Below are positions 58,271 through 64,000 of a DNA stretch of 64,000 bases, piece by piece. The notes below the pieces were generated by a model, which worked only from the letters and a program-made list of their open reading frames with translations, searched no databases and was not told the DNA's origin. How positions within the stretch are numbered: the first letter of the stretch is position 1; the number at the start of each line of letters is the position of its first letter. The translations under genes and the position numbers were made by a program. The stretch is from Akkermansia muciniphila. GTDB taxonomy: Bacteria > Verrucomicrobiota > Verrucomicrobiia > Limisphaerales > UBA9464. The DNA is taken from assembly GCA_945883815.1 (NCBI GenBank), contig CAMCYJ010000008.1, positions 1,285 to 65,284 of the forward strand, written 5' to 3'.

Positions 58271-59188
58271 TCAGCTAATCGGTTGGATGACCTGAAGGGA
58301 GGCGATGAACTGCTTCATGGCCGGCGACAACACCTTGGACTTCTTGTGGATCAGTCCGATGGGGCGGTCGAGTTCGATGTCGACAAAGGGCATGGCCACC
58401 AGAGTGTTCTTGGAAACCTCCTGAGCCACCGTTCCAGCCGGGACAATGCTCACCCCGGCACCGATCTCCACGGCCCGCTTCACGGTTTCTATGTTGTCGA
58501 ACTCCATGACGTGCTTGATGGCGATTCCGTGTTCCTTGAGTTCGCGGTCGATCGCTTTCCGTGTGGGGATATCGGGCTCGAAGCCGATGAACTTCTGTCC
58601 TTCAAGGTGGGAGAATTTGAGGCCCTTGGACTTGGTGAAGGCGTGTCCGGGCGCGCAGATGAGAACCATCTTCTCTGGCTTGAGGGCGATGGTCTCCAGC
58701 TTGGATTCCTTCTGCGGATAGGCCACCAGACCGATGTCGACCACGTTGCCCAGGACATCGTCATACACCTGGTTGGCGCGCTGGTATTCGACGTGGACCT
58801 TCACCGACGGGTGCAGCTTGAGGAAGCGCTTCACGTAGGGCTGCAAGTCGTGCAGTCCGATGCTGTAAATGGCCGCGATGCGAATGGTGCCCGAGATGAT
58901 GTCCCGCATTTCCTGAAGCTTGTGAACCAAGCCCTCGTAAGTCAGAATGATCTGTTTGCCGTGTTCGTAGAGCATCTCGCCCTCGCGGGTGAGTCGGAAC
59001 TTCTTCTTGCTGCGCTCGATGAGTAGGGCCTTGAGCTGCCGTTCCAAAGAGGTGATTTGCTGGCTGACCGCGCTCTGGGTGATGTTGTTGATCAGTGCCG
59101 CCTTGGTGAACGATTCCGTCTCGGCGAGGTCGCAAAAAACTTTGAAGGACTCGATTTGCACGGAGGGACGATACTGCGAACTGGCCAT
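58271..59188 (-). CDS. LysR-family transcriptional regulator
   Basis: 305 aa. The N-terminal HTH is FKVFCDLAETESFTKAALINNITQSAVSQQITSLE, followed by a LysR substrate-binding fold. Confidence 0.9.
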   Translation of the reverse strand: MASSQYRPSVQIESFKVFCDLAETESFTKAALINNITQSAVSQQITSLERQLKALLIERSKKKFRLTREGEMLYEHGKQIILTYEGLVHKLQEMRDIISGTIRIAAIYSIGLHDLQPYVKRFLKLHPSVKVHVEYQRANQVYDDVLGNVVDIGLVAYPQKESKLETIALKPEKMVLICAPGHAFTKSKGLKFSHLEGQKFIGFEPDIPTRKAIDRELKEHGIAIKHVMEFDNIETVKRAVEIGAGVSIVPAGTVAQEVSKNTLVAMPFVDIELDRPIGLIHKKSKVLSPAMKQFIASLQVIQPIS

Positions 59189-59222
59189 CTGCCATCAGGA
59201 TTTTTCCTCTAAAAAGGAGCGC

Positions 59223-59278
59223 AAAAGGGGTCGGTCCATCATATTTACACAAAAGGGGTCCGTTTATCACATTTACCA
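59223..59278. repeat. two imperfect 28-bp direct repeats in the LysR/rluA-family divergent region
   Basis: AAAAGGGGTCGGTCCATCATATTTACAC (59223-59250) and AAAAGGGGTCCGTTTATCACATTTACCA (59251-59278) share 22 of 28 positions. Confidence 0.7.
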
Positions 59279-59427
59279 AGCCTGCTGTTTTGGGTCTGCC
59301 ATCCCCCCTATCCACGACTCGGGTAGCCGCCCGAGTGGATCTCGTACGTCGTGGACGCTGGATTCTCCTTGTGGCCGATGATCAACGGTAAAACGGATCA
59401 AGAATGGCGTGAGGTTGCCTCCGGAAT

Positions 59428-60408
59428 GTGGTTGTATGGGCCGTGGCCAAGCCGGATTGCTTTGAACTGCACGATGGGTCGATTGTGAACATCCTCTATG
59501 AGGATCGTGGGGTGCTGGCCATCGATAAGCCTGCCGGCTGGATGCTGGGGCCGGATGACGGGGACCATGTCGACCGTAGTCTTCATCGGGCTTTGGTTGA
59601 TTCCATCGAGGCGGGGGATTGGTGGGCTCGATCCCGGAACCTGAAGTTCCTGCGTTTTGTGCACCGTCTGGACGCGCCGACCACCGGAGTCCTGCTCTTC
59701 TCCAAAAGCCAAGGAGCCATGCCTGCGTTGTCGCGGGTGTTCGCTGAGCGGACTGTTAAAAAGGCCTACCTGGCGGTGACCGACGGCGTTCCTCGATTAG
59801 GCGAATGGGTGTGCCAAGAGCCGCTGGGGCCCGATCCGACGGAGCACGGCAAGCACCGGGTGGATCATGGGCCCGAAGGCAAGCCGGCCGAGACGGCCTT
59901 CCGGGTGCTGGGTGCCCGCGAGGGCAGGGCGCTGGTATTGGCGTTGCCGGTCACAGGACGGACTCATCAGATCCGCCTGCACTTGGCGCATGCCGGATGC
60001 CCGGTCGCTGGCGACATTCTCTACGGCCGTAAGGACTTCCACGGACTGGCGCTGCGGGCTTTCCGTTTGGAATACCCCGACCCCTTCCTGCACCGATCGA
60101 CGCTCATCATCGCGCCGACGGAAGCGTTCTGCCGCCGCTATGGTTATGATCCGCTGCTCGTGCCGGAGGAGTTGCGAACCCGCCCGCGGCGACCGGTTGT
60201 TCCCGGTGCAAAGGTTCCTGCTGGCAAGGCCGCCGAAGGAAAGACTCCCGCGAGTTCACGCAGCGCTGCCGGGGCTCACCCTCAGGCCAAGCCGGCCCCC
60301 GCTCCGGGTCAGCCGAACCGGGTGGTCAAAGAGCTGGCTCAGCGACCGGCTGGTCAGCGACCGCCCGATCGGTCCCGAGGCCAGCACGGTGCCGCCCCGC
60401 AGCAGTAG
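59428..60408 (+). CDS. RluA-family pseudouridine synthase with Pro/Ala/Gly-rich C-terminal tail
   Basis: GTG start. Contains VLAIDKPAGW, the catalytic motif HRLDAPTTGVLLF and GRTHQIRLHLA. The last 90 aa or so are low complexity. Confidence 0.85.
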   Translation: MVVWAVAKPDCFELHDGSIVNILYEDRGVLAIDKPAGWMLGPDDGDHVDRSLHRALVDSIEAGDWWARSRNLKFLRFVHRLDAPTTGVLLFSKSQGAMPALSRVFAERTVKKAYLAVTDGVPRLGEWVCQEPLGPDPTEHGKHRVDHGPEGKPAETAFRVLGAREGRALVLALPVTGRTHQIRLHLAHAGCPVAGDILYGRKDFHGLALRAFRLEYPDPFLHRSTLIIAPTEAFCRRYGYDPLLVPEELRTRPRRPVVPGAKVPAGKAAEGKTPASSRSAAGAHPQAKPAPAPGQPNRVVKELAQRPAGQRPPDRSRGQHGAAPQQ

Positions 60409-61056
60409 GGCGTGGCTGAAGATCGGGGTGATTTCTTCCACGTGGTGGGTCACCAGAACCAGCGTCGGGGCGTTGGGCCTGAGTGAAAGCCGGCCCAGGA
60501 ACTCCAGGAATAGCTCCCGGGCCACAGGGTCTAACCCGGTGCACGGCTCGTCGAGGATGAGCAATCGGGCATCGGACATCATGGCCCGTGCGATGAGCAC
60601 GCGCTGGCGTTCGCCCTGCGACAAAACCGCCCACGGCCGCTTGGCCAGGTGGCCGATTTCCACCGACTCCATTAGTTCGCGGGCCCTTGCGGCGTCAGCG
60701 CGTTTTGGAGTTCCCCAGTAATCGATGATCGCGTAGCGCCCGCTGACCACCGTATCGAGGGCAGGCTCGGTGTCGTTCATCATCTGGCGCACCGACGAGC
60801 TGACGATGCCCAGCTTCATCCGGAGCTCCCGCCAGTCGGCCTGGCCGTACTGTTCGCCCAGGAGGGCGATGTCGCCGTGGGTGGGCATCAGGTAACCCGC
60901 CAGCGCCGACAATAGACTCGTCTTGCCCGAACCATTGCCGCCCAACAGCGCCCAGTGCTCGCCGGGCATCACCCGCCACGACAAGTCGGTCAGGATCGGG
61001 ACCCGATCGCGGAGGATGGTTAGGTGGGTGATGTCGAGGACCGGTGCCGAACTCAT
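60256..61056 (-). CDS. orphan ABC-type ATPase (ModF/YlmA-like, no adjacent permease)
   Basis: The start is at ATG 61056 (MSSAPVLDI...). The protein is 266 aa. Contains Walker A GGNGSGKTSLL, signature LSQGERQRV and Walker B LLILDEPCTGLD. The longer 451-aa ORF N-terminus is rejected. Confidence 0.8.
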   Translation of the reverse strand: MSSAPVLDITHLTILRDRVPILTDLSWRVMPGEHWALLGGNGSGKTSLLSALAGYLMPTHGDIALLGEQYGQADWRELRMKLGIVSSSVRQMMNDTEPALDTVVSGRYAIIDYWGTPKRADAARARELMESVEIGHLAKRPWAVLSQGERQRVLIARAMMSDARLLILDEPCTGLDPVARELFLEFLGRLSLRPNAPTLVLVTHHVEEITPIFSHALLLRGGTVLASGPIGRSLTSRSLSQLFDHPVRLTRSGGRLGLRVSPGSAA

Positions 61057-61168
61057 GAAGCCGGAGACACTCGGGAATCCGCGTGCAAAAGGGAAGCCGG
61101 GGCCGGGCGGGGCATCGAGTGCAAAACACCTGCGTTTGGATCGATCCGATCCCCTTGCGTCAGTCGCT

Positions 61169-62332
61169 TTACGCAGGCATGGCGGTGGATGCGGATCGGC
61201 TGCGCGATTCGATCCGCCCGATGGCCCAGGCGGCGTGCTCGGCGATGAGCGGCTCGGGATCCAGCGCCGCCCGGCGTAGGGCCGGCAACGCCCGGGCATC
61301 ACCGACATTGCCCAGAGCCACGCACACATTGCGCAGCAGCCCGCGGCGTTTGGTGCGCAGCAGGGGCGTGCCCGCGAATCGCGACTTGAAGGCCGCGTCG
61401 TCGAGCTCGAGCCATTCGACGAGGTCAGGCTTGGCGAGGTCGGCGCGATGGTGGGCTCGCAGGATGGATCCCTCTCGGGCGAAGCGGTTCCAGGGACAGG
61501 CGGCCAGGCAATCGTCGCAGCCAAAAATGCGGTCACCGATGGCCGGACGCAGATCCTCCGGGATGGAACCGCGGTGTTCGATGGTGAGGTACGAGATGCA
61601 CCGACGGGCATCCAGCGTGAAGGGCGCGGGCAGTGCGCCGGTGGGGCAAGCGCTCAGGCAGCGAGTGCAGGACCCGCAGCGGTTGTGCTCGGGCACATCG
61701 GGTTCCAGTTCGGCCGTGGTCAGGATCTCCGCCAAGAGGAACCAATTGCCCAGACTCCGCGAAATCAGGTTGGTGTGCTTGCCCACGAATCCGATGCCAG
61801 CGCGTTGGGCCAAATCGCGCTCCAGGATGGGCCCCGTGTCGACATACCACAGCGATCGCTGCGACACCGAAGCCGCGGCATCCAGGAATTCGGTGAGAGC
61901 CTGCAGGGGCGGCTTCAGCAGGTTGTGGTAATCGGGATGCTGCGCGTAGCGGGCCACCACTCCCCGCGGCCCTGTGTCCGGGTCTGCGGTCGAGCCGTGG
62001 CCTGAATCAGATTCGTCTTCGGCTCCGAAGCCGGAGCCCGGATCGTGCTCCTCAGCACGTGGGCCGTCCACGGGGCCCCGATGATAACTCACCGCCAGGG
62101 TCACCACGCTGCGGATACCCGGCAGCACCCGGCCCAAATCCGCCCGTTTCTCCGGAGCCTTGGCCAGCCAGGCCATGTCTGCATGACGCCCCTCAGCCAA
62201 GGCCCGCTCAAAGTCCGGAGCGGAGGCTGGCGGCTCGGCCGTTGTCACTCGGCAGGCGTCGAAGCCCAGCTCAATGGCCTTCTGCACGAGGGCGGCTTTG
62301 AGCCCGGCCTTGGGCTTGGCCCCGGGGCTCAT
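61169..62332 (-). CDS. queG: epoxyqueuosine reductase
   Basis: The start at ATG 62332 (MSPGAKPK...) overlaps the upstream stop (ATGA). Two 4Fe-4S motifs are present (CGSCTRCLSACP, CDDCLAACPWN). The C-terminus has a HEAT-like tail. Confidence 0.88.
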   Translation of the reverse strand: MSPGAKPKAGLKAALVQKAIELGFDACRVTTAEPPASAPDFERALAEGRHADMAWLAKAPEKRADLGRVLPGIRSVVTLAVSYHRGPVDGPRAEEHDPGSGFGAEDESDSGHGSTADPDTGPRGVVARYAQHPDYHNLLKPPLQALTEFLDAAASVSQRSLWYVDTGPILERDLAQRAGIGFVGKHTNLISRSLGNWFLLAEILTTAELEPDVPEHNRCGSCTRCLSACPTGALPAPFTLDARRCISYLTIEHRGSIPEDLRPAIGDRIFGCDDCLAACPWNRFAREGSILRAHHRADLAKPDLVEWLELDDAAFKSRFAGTPLLRTKRRGLLRNVCVALGNVGDARALPALRRAALDPEPLIAEHAAWAIGRIESRSRSASTAMPA

Positions 62333-63834
62333 CGACCCAGCATGCGGCGCAGCACGTTGTGAGTGATTTGCTGCACCCGCGGGTCGGGGCCCTTGGGCTC
62401 GGTGTACACCTTGGGGTGCAAGTAGCCCGGCGGCTCGGCGAGGCCGTCGGCCCACCAGCAGGTCGATGCGTTGAAGACGATGTTCGTCTTGGGGCCTGAA
62501 TACGTCGTCGCGGTGTAAATGCCGCCGTTGGGTTTTCCTGGAGCGTCCTGCGTGGGGCCGGTGGCCACGATTTCGAGGCCCTTGATCGGCGCGGGATCGC
62601 CGTGCCATTCCCAGCCGATGAGGCCGGGGATCCGGTCGCCCTCCTTCATTTGGGTGTCGCGGTAGATCCAATGGTCAGGCCGTGTGCAAATCCAGTCAGC
62701 GCCGCCGGTGACCGGCCCCGTGCTGTGGGCGCCAACCAATTCGTTGGCGTAGGGGCGCTCGTGTGTGAGCGAACTCATGGACACGAATTCGCGGGTGCCT
62801 CCCGGAGGGCCGTACACACCGACCCGTTCGAAGGACCGCAGCTTGGGGTCGCCCTCCAAAATACGTCCGCACACGGCATTGCCCGAGAAGAAGCCCACGC
62901 TCACGCCAGCCAGAATGGCCGCCTCGACGTTGCGGTACATTTGGATCGTCCAGTACTCGTCGTGGCCGACGCTCAGGAAGCCATCGGCGCGCAACAGACC
63001 GGCGCGGTCGAAATGCGTGTCGGCATTGGAGATGTAGCTCACGTCGTAGCCGTGCGCCTCGAGCCAGTACACGAAGGGGTATTCCCATAGGAAAAATTCC
63101 CCGGAACCGATGGAGAGCGGTTGATCCACGATCTGGCAGTACTTGCCATAAGGCCGGTTGAAGCCCACGCGCACGCCGCCGCCCCAGTACCACTCGTTCT
63201 TGCCGTCGTCGTAGAGCGAAAACTGGGAGGGCCAGCGGTTGTAGGCCTGCCAGGTGTTGTCGGAGCACTGGAATAAGTAGCTCGCCTCGCGCTGGTCGCG
63301 GACGATGAAGATGATGTAGCTCTGCAGGCCCTCCTTGAGCTCGGTGAGCTTGGCCATGTAGACGCCGCTGACCCAATCCTCAGGGATCAGCAATTGGGCA
63401 CAGGGCTCCCACTGGCAGAGGCGATCCCGCTTCGGCCCCACCTCAGGGTCGGCCTGCACTCGGCCCTTGAACGGGCCCATGTGGCGCATGAATCGACCGG
63501 CTTTCCCGCCGTAGAAGCCCATGCGGTAGATGTCGATGGTGAAGTCCGATGCCGGATTGGTGCTGACGTGGAAGGTCAGGTACTGGCCCGCGCTGACGCT
63601 GGTCCGCGAGGCGTAGCCCTCGATCCACGGGCATCGGTATCGGGTCGTCGGGTCGATCCGGGTCTTGGTGAGCATCCAATCGCGAGTTCCCGGGTTCAGG
63701 TTCTCGAGCCGGATCTTGTTCAGTCCGCGGTCATGGGCCAACGGAGCTGCGGATCCGCCCAACGCTATCGCGCCGGCCGCCCCGGCCATCGCTTTCACCG
63801 CCGTCCGACGGGAGACAGGGTTCGTGTTCATCAT
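62329..63834 (-). CDS. Tat-secreted protein, DUF6605 / N,N-dimethylformamidase large-subunit-like family (family assignment from memory)
   Basis: 501 aa. Carries the twin-arginine signal SRRTAVKAMAGAAGAIALG. The motifs TWQAYNRW and VGHDEYWT recall that family. Confidence 0.55.
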   Translation of the reverse strand: MMNTNPVSRRTAVKAMAGAAGAIALGGSAAPLAHDRGLNKIRLENLNPGTRDWMLTKTRIDPTTRYRCPWIEGYASRTSVSAGQYLTFHVSTNPASDFTIDIYRMGFYGGKAGRFMRHMGPFKGRVQADPEVGPKRDRLCQWEPCAQLLIPEDWVSGVYMAKLTELKEGLQSYIIFIVRDQREASYLFQCSDNTWQAYNRWPSQFSLYDDGKNEWYWGGGVRVGFNRPYGKYCQIVDQPLSIGSGEFFLWEYPFVYWLEAHGYDVSYISNADTHFDRAGLLRADGFLSVGHDEYWTIQMYRNVEAAILAGVSVGFFSGNAVCGRILEGDPKLRSFERVGVYGPPGGTREFVSMSSLTHERPYANELVGAHSTGPVTGGADWICTRPDHWIYRDTQMKEGDRIPGLIGWEWHGDPAPIKGLEIVATGPTQDAPGKPNGGIYTATTYSGPKTNIVFNASTCWWADGLAEPPGYLHPKVYTEPKGPDPRVQQITHNVLRRMLGR

Positions 63835-64000
63835 CTGCCTCCGAGACTAATCCCCACTCCCGCCCGATGCACTCGGAGAGTTCTGTGGCGCAGTATGTGT
63901 CGCCGAAATCCCGACCGGGCTCGGAGCGATGAACCGATGCCGGAACCCATGGTGGAACCGATGCCTGAGCCGGGTGCCTAAACCGCTGCCTGAACCGCTG

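Noticed and set aside
61057-61611. N-terminal extension of the ABC ATPase ORF (451-aa version), and likewise 62333..62671 for queG
   Set aside because: The extensions are Arg/Pro-rich and overlap neighbouring real genes (queG and the Tat protein). Homology begins at the internal ATG codons.

Overview
This is a high-GC chromosomal window. PSCyt1 cytochrome domain, PVC-type CxxCH heme-binding protein and a coupled ECF sigma / Ser-Thr kinase pair point to the PVC superphylum, probably Verrucomicrobiota or Planctomycetota (inference). I support about 45 protein genes, one tRNA-Val(GAC), one riboswitch, two gene remnants and several repeat clusters. Most genes are housekeeping: ribBA, sufT-like, hisC, pgsA, gcvP, purF, pyc, aroK, rlmM, ispH, infC, folA, queG and a half-length carB. 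Accessory content includes a 1549-aa secreted protein with three RCC1 propellers, a BNR sialidase-like protein, an adenylate cyclase / cNMP-binding / ECF sigma / kinase cluster, and a YtrA-type GntR-ABC operon. Three observations stand out. (1) A clear SAM-I riboswitch with an intrinsic terminator sits in front of a threonine-synthase-like gene that overlaps a MoaD/ThiS-like carrier gene ending in GG. This suggests a sulfur-carrier-dependent homocysteine/methionine route, and the carrier gene is broken by a 1-nt frameshift here. (2) The 10-mer GGGACAGGCT occurs at least 24 times, against about 0.1 expected. At least 18 copies sit in seven intergenic regions, usually as locally duplicated direct repeats. 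I cannot assign it to any known element. (3) A class III cyclase lies divergent from a cNMP-binding protein, ECF sigma and Ser/Thr kinase operon with no anti-sigma gene. All calls come from reading the sequence and the ORF translations by eye. No database search was run.
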